Source: Octopus bimaculoides (lineage: Eukaryota). Taken from it: 33,426 nucleotides of DNA. Under the pieces are notes generated by a model that saw only the letters and a list, made by a program, of their open reading frames with translations, did no database searches and had not been told where the DNA came from. Of this stretch, positions 11,340 through 22,903 are shown piece after piece; position 1 is the first letter of the stretch, and every line of letters begins with the position of its first letter. Location of the stretch: NCBI RefSeq assembly GCF_001194135.2, contig NC_068988.1, positions 68,799,828 to 68,833,253 on the forward strand, read 5' to 3'. The translations under genes and the position numbers were made by a program.

Positions 11340-12765
11340 GCAAGCGCCCACGTTCATCCATATGAAGTTTCTCTCAACGACAGTTAAGCATAATCACACC
11401 ATATGAGGAATCAAGACTCGCAGAAACCACCCAACAAGAGTAAAACCGCATAAACCAGGCCTGTAATAAACACTTCAGCAACAAATTGAAATGGATGAGA
11501 CAACAGTGACAGCCACAACAACATATGAGAAACAAAAGCAGATACCCAAACAACATCAATGGAATTGTGATGTCAGACAGCGAACTACCGGAGAACTACA
11601 ACGCCATCACAAATGAGAACAATCACACACTCGGAATGTATGGTGTGATACAACTGGATAAAAACGAGATATGTGTCCTACGATTACCACCAAAATATGC
11701 TGTGTATAACAAGGTCAGTAAGACAAATTGTCTGTCTGAGATTAGATGGAGATTAGGACGTTACCACTACAGTAACAACACAAATATAAGAAACCAGCAC
11801 AGCAATAATACACAAAGTACTTACAGTACCACCAACAGTAACAACAACAATGATGACAACAACAACAACTACAACATCAACAATGACAACACTGCTACCA
11901 CCAGCAACAACAACAATAGAAACAACCACACCGTATACATCAGCAACAACAACAACACCAAGAACACTACAGGTAGACAAAGCCACCATAACTACAACAA
12001 CAACAACAACCATAACAACAGCAACAACAATGTCTGTAACAATAACAACAACAACAACAATAACAGCAACAACAACGACAGCAACAACCACACATACAAT
12101 GGTAACAACAACAACACCTCAGAAAATCTCTTTTATATCTCAATCAACAAATCCTATGACATGGCATGAATCTATCCAAGAGATTTACCATTCAGTAAAA
12201 GAGTGTGCATCCTACCTTACTCACACAATAGAACAGAAGCTAAGATCTCTTTAGCTAGAACCTGACCCATCAACTCAGTACAGCAGCTGTGATGGGAATG
12301 CAAAAACTAAAACATAGAGTTAGGAACAACGAAATAGTATGCCTCCCCACAGGCAATTCCGACAGGATATCAGGAGACAGCCTGCAAAATTACATCCAGA
12401 CAATGCAACAACACATCGAAAGCATGAGATGAGAGAAGTCACACAGCAGGAATATGAAAGAATAGAGAAAATCCTCAATGCACACATGGGAATGTGGTGT
12501 AACGTACTCCAACCTAAGAAGCGCAAAGTGCGGAACTTCGTAACATTAAACAATGACATTCCTACACTCTATGGGTTACAAAAAGACCTATAAACCTATC
12601 GCAGACCCTTTTTCTGCCCCACCCCCCAAAATGACTGGTTTGTGGTGCCAATATTGCCAGCTATCATACTTCCTCGCAGAAGTGTTAAGATCACTCATTG
12701 AGATGTTGTCTGGTGTTTGTGAAAGCACAGAGGACCTTATCAGCAGGGTTAATGAATGTAACCAC
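11340..12765 (+). mobile_element. Penelope-like element (PLE) ORF remnant, truncated before the RT catalytic DD
   Basis: Across frames: KHFSNKLKWM, EICVLRLPPKYAVY-EIRW, FSKRVCILP, KLKHRVRNNEIVCLPTG (compare PLE EIVxxPTDKSG), IPTLYGLQKD (compare PxLYGLxKxHK), VCGAN, LSYFLAEVL and VCESTEDLISRVNECN. Stops and frameshifts are present. Assignment is by recognition of motifs. Confidence 0.75.
11760..12118 (+). repeat. Imperfect (AAC)n expansion
   Basis: Direct inspection. It accounts for the Asn-, Thr- and Val-rich ORFs at 11525, 11850 and 11753. Confidence 0.92.
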
Positions 12766-12787
12766 TCCCATATATAATATATATATT

Positions 12788-13135
12788 TCATCAACATCAT
12801 CATTATCATCATCATCATCGTCATCATCTTCATCATCATCATCATCATCATCACCATCAGTTAACACCCGTTCTCCATGCTGGCATGGGTTGGATGGTTT
12901 AACTAGAGCTGGTAAAGCCAGGGCCCACACTACACTCCATTGTCTGTGCTGACATAGTTTCCATGGCTGGATGCCTTTCCTAGTGCTAACCACTCTAAGA
13001 GTAAACTGGGTGCTTTCAACATTGCACCAGCACTGGTATCAACTCTGCTGTGACGGCAATGCACCAGGTATCTCAGTCCTTAGTCATCTCCTTTGTAACA
13101 CTCAGTGTCTTTGGATCGGCCCTCAGTGCTTCATG
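12788..13135 (-). mobile_element. Older family R retroposon with a long (CAT)n tail
   Basis: Same conserved blocks (CCATGCTGGCATGGGTTGG, CTGGATGCCTTTCCTAGTGC). It starts just after the PLE remnant ends. Confidence 0.75.
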
Positions 13136-13156
13136 TGTGTGTGTGTGTGTGTGTGT

Positions 13157-13302
13157 ACGATAGGGTTCGAAATCTACACACAAGGTATTGGTCAGCCTGA
13201 GGTTATAGCAGAAGACGCTTGTCCAAAGTACTGCTCAGTAGAACTGAATACATGACCACATAATTTGGAAGTAAGCTTCTTTACCATACAGCCACATCTG
13301 CA
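13157..13302 (-). mobile_element. SINE family B, 5' half, diverged
   Basis: CACAAGGTATTGGTCAGCCTGAGGTTATAGCAGAAGAC through CATACAGCCACATCTGCA. Confidence 0.65.
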
Positions 13303-13358
13303 TCTATCTATATGTGTATGTATATATGTGTACGTATCTATATGTGTATGTATATATA

Positions 13359-13785
13359 TCATCATCATCATTTAACATTTGTTTTCCATGCTGGCATAGG
13401 TTTGACGGTTTGACCAGAGTTGTTATGGCCAGCGGCCACACGAGGCTCCATTGTTTGTTCTGTCATGGTTTCTATGGCTTGTTGCCCTTCCTAATGCCAG
13501 CTGCTCTACAGAGTAAACGGTTGCTTTTTATATGGCACAAGCACTTTCAACATGGCACCAGCACAAGTAATTTTCATGTAGCACCAGCACCTGTATTAAT
13601 TCTGCTGTGATGGACAGGTCTTCTTCGGTACAGCAAGGCACTCGTTATCTCAGTTCTTTGTCATCTCCTTTGTAAGGCTTAGTGTCTCGTGATCGGCTTT
13701 CATTACTTCATTCGATGTCTTTCAAGGTCTCCCCCTTCCACAAGTTCCATCAACTTTAAATGATTGACACTTCTGTATATGCATT
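13359..13785 (-). mobile_element. Older family R retroposon
   Basis: (CAT)n, TTTAAC-TTCCATGCTGGCATAGGTTTGACGG and GCCCTTCCTAATGCCA. Confidence 0.72.
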
Positions 13786-13794
13786 ATACATATC

Positions 13795-14137
13795 TTTTAT
13801 TTTCTATCTTTTACATGTTTCAATCATTAGACTATGGCCATGATGAGATAATGCCTTGAAGAATTTTTAACTGAATGAATCAATCATAGTACTTTTATTT
13901 TAACCTGATACTTATTCTATCATTCTCTTTTTGCCAAACCACTAAGTTACAGGGATGTAAACACACCAACACTGGTTGTAAAGTGGTAGAGCAGGACAAA
14001 CACAAACACAAAGATACACACATATACACATAGATATACAAATATACAACATGCTTCTTTCAATTTGTGTCAACCAAATCCATTCAGAAGGCTTTGGTTG
14101 GCCCAAGGCTAAAGAAGACACTTGCACAAGGTGCCAT
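13795..14137 (-). mobile_element. SINE family B, 5' truncated
   Basis: Tail, (CA) middle and the body up to ACACTTGCACAAGGTGCCA. Confidence 0.75.
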
Positions 14138-14900
14138 CCTTCATCTTTATTTGTTTCAGACATCGGTGGTTGGTACTGCTTCGCTTACGATGTCGAGGGT
14201 TCCAGTTGATCCGATCAATGGAACAGCCTGCTCGTGAAATTAACGTGCAAGTAGCCGAGCACTCCACACACACGTGTACCATTAACGTAGTTCTCGGGGA
14301 TATTCAGCGTGACACAGTGTGACAAGGCTGGCCTTTTGAATTACAGGTACAACAGAAACAGGAAGTAAGAGTGAGAGAAAGTTGTGGTGAAAGAGTACAG
14401 CAGGGTTCGCCACCATCCCCTGCCGGAGCCTCGTGGAGCTTTAAGTGTTTTTGCTCAATAAACACTCACAACGCCCGGTCTGGGAATCGAAACTGCGATC
14501 CTATAACCGCGAGTCCACTGCCCTAACTACTGGGCCGTTGTGCCTCCATCGTTTCAGACATTAGACTGTGGCCTAACTGAAGCACCATTTTCAAATTGGC
14601 TCCGGTCCTGATTTTTTTCAAAGCCTGATACTTATTTTATCAAGGGACATAAACAACCTAACACTGAATGTCAAGCAGTCATGGGAAACAAACATGAACA
14701 AAGGTACCACAAAGACACACGCACATACATACACACACACACATACACCCAACAACAACAACAACAACAATAAACTTCTTCCTTTTACCATCCACCAGAT
14801 CCACTTCCAAGGCCTTGGTCAGCAGAAGGTTAATCGGCCATACAGCAGGACTGAACATAGAACCATGAGCTTGAGAAGCAAACTTCTAGCAACTTCTATA
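14138..14900 (-). mobile_element. Diverged SINE family B split by the family A insertion at 14164-14550
   Basis: The tail TTTGTTTCAGACAT|TAGACTGTGGCC is continuous once the insertion and one TSD copy are removed. The head lies near 14850-14890. Confidence 0.7.
14164..14550 (-). mobile_element. SINE family A, full length, inserted in a family B SINE tail
   Basis: Reverse complement of the family A copies. Exact 11-bp TSD GTTTCAGACAT at 14153-63 and 14551-61. Confidence 0.93.
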
Positions 14901-15240
14901 CCTATTTTTGTTGTTGTTGATTTGCTGATCTGCTCTCCTTCTTCATCTCAGACCTGACTGACCTAACCAAATGCATAACAGCTGTAAAAGCCATTTCCAT
15001 TTTTTACCATGGAGTACTCTTAGGAAGACATAGAATGTTATAGTCTGGATCTGTGGTTGTATTGATTCAGGAAAAAACATGGTCAAATGAAACTATGGTA
15101 AAAAGTGTTCTATCTGTGACCATCACAACAGTTATACATTATCTATTAAGCATTTGATTATTAAGATATACAGCCACATCTGTGCCTTTGCAAATTTATA
15201 TAATATATGTCTGTGTATTCATATTATTTGACCAATCCCT

Positions 15241-15485
<245 letters not shown>

Positions 15486-15570
15486 TTTGGCAATACAAGC
15501 AAGAAATATAGAACAAAAAACATGAGCATGTTTCTGTGTGCTTGTGTGTGTGTATCATTATAATTATTAG

Positions 15571-15620
15571 TCCAACCCATGCCAGCATGGAAAGCAGACG
15601 TTAAGCAATGATGTTGATGA
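15571..15620 (+). mobile_element. Family R 3' end fragment
   Basis: TCCAACCCATGCCAGCATGGAAAGCAGACGTTAAGCAATGATGTTGATGA is the reverse complement of the family R tail. Confidence 0.75.
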
Positions 15621-15732
15621 TTTAGCAGAAGTAACGGAGTGACTCAAGGGCTGAGAGTTTCATGCATTAGTTTGATTAGTACTAATGCACAAAACTCCTG
15701 GCCTTTGAGTCCCACTGCTACTTCTGCTAGAT
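15620..15732. repeat. Gapless 113-bp imperfect palindrome (MITE-like or pre-miRNA-like hairpin)
   Basis: Arms 15620-15671 and 15681-15732 pair in register: 41 Watson-Crick pairs, 5 G.U pairs, 6 mismatches, 9-nt loop. Confidence 0.9.
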
Positions 15733-16190
15733 ATGATATCACACACAGACACACACACACACACACGCACACACACACATGCACGCACACACACACATGC
15801 ACACACATGCACATGCATGCAAGCACACATATGCATACAAGCATAAACATATATTCATATATGCATACATACATATATACACGTGTGTGTGGGGGGGTAT
15901 ATTCTGCAGTTACTGTAGTTCTAGTACACTGCTGAAACTCTACATACAGTAACTAATATCGATGACTGTAAATAATGCAGTAAGATAAGATAAATGACGT
16001 AAACGTAACGTTTCAGTAGAGTTTAGATGTAACTGGAATCATAACAAATTTATTTCATCCTAAAGGAATAAGTAAGTTTTGACATGTGAGTATCTTAGTC
16101 TACATGAATGATATTAATGACAGTACAGTCTACAGCCCAGTTAAGTCTCCTAAAAGCAAAGTTTACCAAACATCACTTACACTGTTTATA

Positions 16191-17247
16191 CAATGGAGGG
16201 CTGAAAAGTTCACAGGCTGACTATGAAGGAGAGATGCTAGAGCTATGAGATCTTGTATGCATTAGTTTCATCCCTTCTTATCAATAAATGCATTGTTTCT
16301 TTCAAGGTAAACTGACATCTTAATAATTCAAAGAAGACTTCTGGATATCCTGCAACTGCCTCCACAAAGGAAAACATTAATCATGTTTATCACATGGTGA
16401 TGGATGACGGGCAGTTAACTATAAATCAAACATCATATCCCATGAGTGAGCTAAGAATATTCTGCACAATGAACTTGGCATGACGAAGGTTTCTGCTCAG
16501 TAACTGTTACAACTTCTGACACCTGATCAAAAGCTCACCCCACTGATCACATTACCAGAAAATCTGACACTGAAGCAGATCCTGCTGCTTTCTTTGAATG
16601 TTCTCGAAGCCAGAATGAGTATTGGTTTCATCACTTTGAGCTAGTGAAAAAGTGATGATCCATGCAGTGCAAACACACCCTCCTCACCTGCTCTAAAGAA
16701 GGCCAACATTTTTTCGTCTGCATGGAAGGTAACAGTTTCAATTTTGGGGGATGCAAAAGGCATGATGTTTATTGATTGTCTTCAAAAGGGCCACCATCAT
16801 CAACGGAAATTACTATGCCGACTTGCTGAGGCAGTTATGAAAGGCTATCAGGACCAAACAGCCAAGAAAACTGACGAAACGGGTTTTATTTCATCAGGAC
16901 AACGCTCCAGTACACAAATTCATGCTTTTCATGGCTGCTGTGTGTGGCTGTGGCCTTATCACACTCCCTATTCTTCTGATTTGACTCCAGCTGAGTATTA
17001 TCTGTTCCCAACACGAAAAATCACTTGGCTGAGAACCAGTAACACAGTGATGACGACAACAAACCTGCTGTTTATGACATTTTTGATGATCAGGATGAAA
17101 AATTCTTCCCCAATGGGATCCAAGTACTGCAACATGGATGAAAGAAGTATGTAGGCTGCAAGGGGATCTATGTTGAAAAATAAGCTACATTTGTCACATT
17201 CCATGAGCCTATCTTGGTCAACCTACAAACTTTTCAGCTGACCCGTG
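16191..17247 (+). mobile_element. Second mariner family element, internally deleted and decayed
   Basis: Imperfect TIRs CAATGGAGGGCTGAAAAGTTCACAGGCTGAC and CACGGGTCAGCTGAAAAGTTTGTAGGTTGAC (22 of 31 identical), flanked by TA at 16189-90 and 17248-49. Internal transposase remnants. Confidence 0.88.
16350..17183 (+). pseudogene. Mariner transposase pseudogene lacking the N-terminal HTH region
   Basis: Frameshifted fragments read ENINHVYHMVMDD, NILHNELGMTKVSA, LLTPDQK, DAKGMMFIDCLQKG, VLFHQDNAP and HTPYSSDLTPAEYYLFP, then end in GDLC/VEK-like sequence with TAA at 17181-83. Several stops and frameshifts. Confidence 0.88.
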
Positions 17248-17254
17248 TACCACA

Positions 17255-19530
17255 GCATTACATTAAACTTATAGAGTTATGGTATTTCATGGATTCCTTG
17301 GCATTCATTGGGAACAGCCTGTACAAGAATGAATCTGAAGGAGATGGACTTGGATATCCCCAAACACTCAACACAAAAATGAAATTGACTACATCTTGGT
17401 CAGTAGACAGCGCATACTGCAGGATGTCTCAGTAGTAGTGCTATTCAACATAGGCAGTGATCATTGCTTGCTATGCGCAAAGATCATGATCAATGAAATC
17501 AGAGAGAACAGGTATCAATCAAGAATCAACATGCCAAGGTCTTGATGTGAAATAGTTGCAGGAAACTATCAAGAAGGAAATTTGGAGTCAATTTGAAGAG
17601 CTAGATGAGGATTACAATTTTCAAGTCAAGAAAATTGAAAACTGCATATGGAAAGTGAAAACTGCAAGATTGCATGAGCCTGATGGAAGAATATCAGAGG
17701 AGACTGAAACCACTAGAGAAATGGGAAACTGTCAAGGAAACTGACAGCTTGAGTATTCCATTCTCTGCATAGTGATCGGAAAACATCTCAGAAATGATTT
17801 TGAGAATTATAGACTGAAGAATCTGATGGAGGCTGCAGAGGAAAGGAAAAGTTTAAAAAACTGTAGAAGGCTGGAACTCTATAGATCAGAAGTGATGGTG
17901 TTTAACAACAAGTATGGGTTCATGGTGTCAGACAAAGGAGAGATGGAAGAGGTATGCAAAATCTTCTTCACCAACCTTTTAAAATCATCAGTGAAGCTTG
18001 ATTGCCTATAGCCACAAATATTGGAAGAAGTACCACCTACTCTGTCCAGTGACATTGAAAATGCCCTCAAACTGATGTAAACAGACAAAGCCCCTGAGAA
18101 AGATGGTATCACAGCAAAGATATCAAAATGTGGAAAATCCTCATACTACACTTCAATTGCTATCAGAAGGAAGGTAAAATATCCACGTTGTAGAAAGAAC
18201 CAAATACCATCCTACTTCATAAGAAAGATGATAAAGAAGATTTTAAAAACTATTTCCCCATATACTTCTTGTCTTACCCCTACAAGTTGTTTACAAAGGT
18301 CATAGTCACCAGATTATCGAAACACCTCAATGACCAACAGCAGACGAAGCAAGCAGGTTTCCATATGGACTATTGTATGAAAACCCACATATTCACTCTA
18401 ACATAGCTCAAAAGAACAAGCTTCCTCTGTGTATTACTTTTGTGGATTACAAATACACCTTCAGTGGCTTTAAGATGAGCACAGTCTTGAAATCTTTGGA
18501 AATGCAAGATGTTGAATCACAATACATCAAACTACTCAGAGATGGGAACACTGGATGCACAATATATATAGCTCTGCTGTTACTACCAGTAAGATAGCAA
18601 CTGAGAAGGATGTCAAGTGAAGTTATACCATCACTCCAAAGCTTCTATGTCTAGAAATGGTTGTCAAGGACATTGACTGGACAGGTGACACGAACATCAA
18701 TGGTGAGCAAGTAACACACCTTCAATCCACAGATGACACTGTACTCATCACTGAGTCTACACACTAGCTGCTGACTCTGCTAACAGAGCAAGACATGCAG
18801 AAGTTAGCAGTAGGTCTTAAAATGAACCACATAAAAACAAAATGTACATGGTCAGAAGATGTAGCAGAAGGCTAAGTAGAGGTAGGAAGCAATGAAATCA
18901 AAGAGGTAAAGGAATAGTTTTACTTAAAGATATGGATGCTGACGTCTCAAGGAGCATAAGGGTAGGATTGAAGGCTTTCAACTCAATAAAGGATATGCTC
19001 AAAACAAAGACAGACATATCATACATGCCAGACTATTGAATAATACCATCTTACCTGTGCTCTTATACACAAGTAGGCATGGGCTGCTACAAAGAAGATA
19101 GAACATGATAGACTACGATGCAAGGGACCAAAAGTTGAAATCACCATCATTATCATCACCACCACCACCACCACCACCACCACCGCCACCACCACAGCCA
19201 CCACCACCACACTATTGTCATCAGTTCCATGCAAGGAATATCATTTAAGAACATATTTGAAACGAGATAATTCAAAAACAGAGCAGAGTGAACGTAGTCA
19301 CAGAATACAAAAAGCACACCGGGCTGGAGATGTTGCAAGATTCACAGACAATAAGTGGACTCATACAGTTGCCAAGAGGTATCCAAGAGATTGGAAAAGG
19401 TTACTTGGAAGGCTTCTATGACAGTGGGAAGGTAATTCAGTTAACCAGTCTGATCAAGCTGGAAAACAATGATGCAATCAAGACAGAATTGGAAGCACAT
19501 TGTGACCAGTGATGTCCAACAGTATCTAAG
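17255..19530 (+). mobile_element. RTE-clade LINE remnant (end of APE endonuclease, RT, C-terminus), 5' truncated, heavily decayed
   Basis: Manual translation across frames gives RWTWISPNTQHKNEIDYILVS and IGSDHCLL (APE), KAPEKDGIT, NTILLHKKDDKEDFKNY, KLFTKVI, QAGF, PLCITFVDYK, NINGEQVTHLQSTDDTVLI (degenerate FADD) and AGDVARFTDNKWT-YPRDWKRLLGR. The last is the typical RTE C-terminal WAGH...RPxGRP region. A (CAC)n tract interrupts at about 19140-19212. Confidence 0.88.
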
Positions 19531-21103
19531 GATCTGGTTGATACTGTGATACTGTATATGTACATACAAGCATGTTTGTATGTAAGCAAGTATGTATACA
19601 CACTTACACATGCTCATTCACGTATACATCATGATCTTGCTTATGGAATTTGCAATGGCTTACAATAGTAATATCACTGAACACAATTCTCCAAGAATAT
19701 AAATATGTTATGTTGTGTCATTTATTAATACATCTATTAATTTTAAACCTGAATTATGGAACTATAGCATTGTTGTTGCTGGTTACATGTTTCTAATAAT
19801 CCATTAATGGTATGCTGTATTTCCATGAAAATAAGATGAATATCTGCAACTCTGTTCAAGAGAGTACAGGGTTTTTCATAAATATTTTGCCTCTTCCAGC
19901 AAATTCTACACACATATACATATAGACATAAACCATCACACATGTATTCACATATAGAATTTTTGTTGTATGGTATTTCACAGACTGGTATTTCTTTATG
20001 CTATTCAAACACATGTCACTGACCACTTTTATTTCTCTCAGCACACATACACACACCTCATATATACCTTTTATTTTGCATAAGTGTATGTGCATGTGTG
20101 TGTGTATAAACAGACAGATACATACATACATACACATACATAGACACACACACGCACATACACGCACCATACCTATGTCCATCAGTCTGACCTAATGTAC
20201 ATACCTATATGCATACATATGGGTATATAGACACACATTTATTATAAAATTGTTCATCTATATCAAATATTTAAATATTACTGTTTCTAAAATGGTTTTG
20301 TAGTGTGGATGCAAATGATTTTTCACTGAAACAGGTAAAATAGGATAGATAAACAAAATATCGGGTGCAAAAGGGATGTTATGATTTAACAAATGGGTGA
20401 CCAGAATAGAGAGTGAACTAAGGATTATTTAGAAGCATATGCTTAATCTAGATATACCAACTGATGAACCTCATTGCCTGAATGTCTCCTTTTAGATTTA
20501 TAATGCCTCATTGTCTAACAGCAATCTCCAGACACCACAAATGTTTGATAATTATCATGATGGTGACAAGAATATGAGATGAAGCAGAGATACAAATATT
20601 CATTCACACACACACAAACACTAGTATGTACCTGCAAGAATGAGTAAGAATTTGTTGAAGAAACATAATGAGAATCTAAACCAATATATAAAAGAAGCAG
20701 CTGGTTTCTTTTGTATGTAAACACATAGGAGAGAGAGAAGCCAGTCTTGTAGTCTGAACATGTGATCTGTTCTTTGAGTGCAATAGGATTATATGTGAAG
20801 TGGGGAGAATACAAATTCATAATTCATGCTAAGCATATGGAATAGAATGAATAAAATGTAAAACAGGAAATTATTATATCACACGAAAACAGATATATTC
20901 GATATTTTGTCTAAACCAACGCAATGAAAGTTTATATCATAACTATATTCTTATTATATAACTTATTCAAATTTTATTTTCAAAAGGGATTTTTTTTAAG
21001 TATCTAAGAAAAGAAATAAATATGAGTACAATAATCTGAATTTTCTATTAAATGTCAATTTCTTGTACATATCTATGCATTCATGTATTTATGTGTACAT
21101 ATA

Positions 21104-21313
21104 GTGAAGCTGCATGGCTTAATGGCGAGGGTATTAGGCTAACAATTGTAAGGTCATGAGTTTGATTCCCAACAACGCATTGTGTCCTTGAGCAAGACAC
21201 TTTATTTCATGCTGCTCCAGCCCACTCAGCAGGCAAAAATGAGTAGTACCTGTATTTCAAAGGGTCAGCCTTGTCACATTGTGTCAGCTGAAGCCCCCTG
21301 AGAACTGCATTAA
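21104..21313 (+). mobile_element. SINE family C, 3' truncated
   Basis: tRNA-like head, GTGTCCTTGAGCAAGACACTTTATTTC CORE-like block and start of the shared tail. It stops at GAGAACTGCATTAA, where the hammerhead cassette begins. Confidence 0.82.
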
Positions 21314-21399
21314 TTCCAGATCCCGGAATTGAATAATACTTACCGATATGTAAGTAGCCGTATGTTGTATATATTTGTATCTATGTGCTATCTGCGTAT

Positions 21400-21458
21400 A
21401 TTCCACTGATGAAGGCAAAGCATTTCTTATGCAGAGCCAGAAATCCGAGATCTGGAAT
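21400..21458 (+). ncRNA. Candidate minimal type I hammerhead ribozyme motif
   Basis: Stem I ATTCCA (21400-05) / TGGAAT (21453-58); core CTGATGA (21406-12); stem II GGC/GCC extended by GCAT/ATGC; GAAA (21440-43); stem III ATC/GAT; AUC triplet with predicted cleavage after 21452. The first stem II pair is A.A, which is non-canonical. Confidence 0.6.
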
Positions 21459-21612
21459 TATCCAGTAATTTTTTTGCTAGTTTATTTTGTCTCTTTGTCT
21501 TCTCTCTTGGTGCTATATGAACATTTAATGTGGTTTTAGCGTCAAGTTTTGGCTGCTATATCTAGCATGGTGGTCTCTCTTAGATACCCTTAATTATAAT
21601 TTTTAATAATAA

Positions 21613-21635
21613 TTATATATATGTATATTTATATA

Positions 21636-21678
<43 letters not shown>

Positions 21679-21800
21679 GTCAATATATATATATATATTA
21701 TATATGTGTATGTGTGTATGTATGTGTGTGAATATTATATATGTTGATACATATATATCGATATAAATAACTGTATATATATACTCACATATCAATATAT

Positions 21801-21834
<34 letters not shown>

Positions 21835-21870
21835 ACAAACACTCACATACACTAACACACACATGTATAT
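21613..21870 (+). repeat. Compound (TA)n/(CA)n microsatellite
   Basis: Direct inspection. Confidence 0.9.
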
Positions 21871-22903
21871 ACACAACCATACAATGAAAGTCATATATAA
21901 CTATATAACATGTATGATTTTCTTTATTTGGATGCTTTTGCTTTCAGATAAACAATGTAGCAAATCCTAGTCAAAGTTTACTTAACAAAATGATAATCTT
22001 GTTTGGAACTCAGCCATAAATTTAAACCCAAAGAACAAGAAATATGCCAGCCTGTTAATCGTGTCAAATTTTTCTTCCAAAGGATTTCCAAAGTTACTTG
22101 TTGCTCAACTACTTTTCAACTACATAAGCAAATGTTGCAGATAATCTTGGAATGAAACACACACAAACACATATATGTATCTATGGGTGTGTGTGTGTGT
22201 ATGAATACACACATCTATAGACATAAATATATGTGTATATATATGTGTTCATGTTTATGTGTGCATATATAAGAGTATGATTGTGTTAGTGTATATAATC
22301 TGAATATTAATCAGTACTATATTCAGTGAAACATCACTGATGTTTGACATCAAAGTTCTTAGTTTATAATCAAGTTTGTAAATCTTACTTTTGCTTCACA
22401 CGCTTTTGAGTTGAATGGTTTTAATTGGAAGATTTTATATTTCTATCTTCTTTCTATTTCACAGCAGAAAGAATATTAAAGACGACTTTGTCATGAAAAG
22501 AGAAAAAAGAAATTTGAATTTCTAACAAAATGTTGATGCAATTATTAGTGAAAGTTTATGATAATATCATATGGCTTACGAGAGTAAATTTTAGTTCTTG
22601 GTCCTCCCACCAAACACTAACTTATCTGTAATTCAAAAGTATATACAAACAATCAGGCATACATACTCTCACTTATTTCCTTATTGTTGTCCCTCAGATC
22701 AGATGTTGACCAACAAATTTGATATTTTGCAATACACATACACACTTACATAAGCATGCATTCAGTTATAAATAAACATCTGGTCTCAGAACAGACATGA
22801 AGATGATGGCTGTAGCACCTTTTATCAAATCAACTGATTAAAAACATTATAAGCTAACAAAAGTGTCTCTATGTAATTACTTATATTTCTTATAAATCAC
22901 ACC

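Noticed and set aside
11753-12254. Poly-Thr (mucin-like) and poly-Val ORFs
   Set aside because: Alternative frames of the (AAC)n tract inside the PLE remnant.
20461-20495. CTGATGA-ACCTCATTGCCT-GAATGTC
   Set aside because: Stem II does not pair, GAAT replaces GAAA and there is no stem I.
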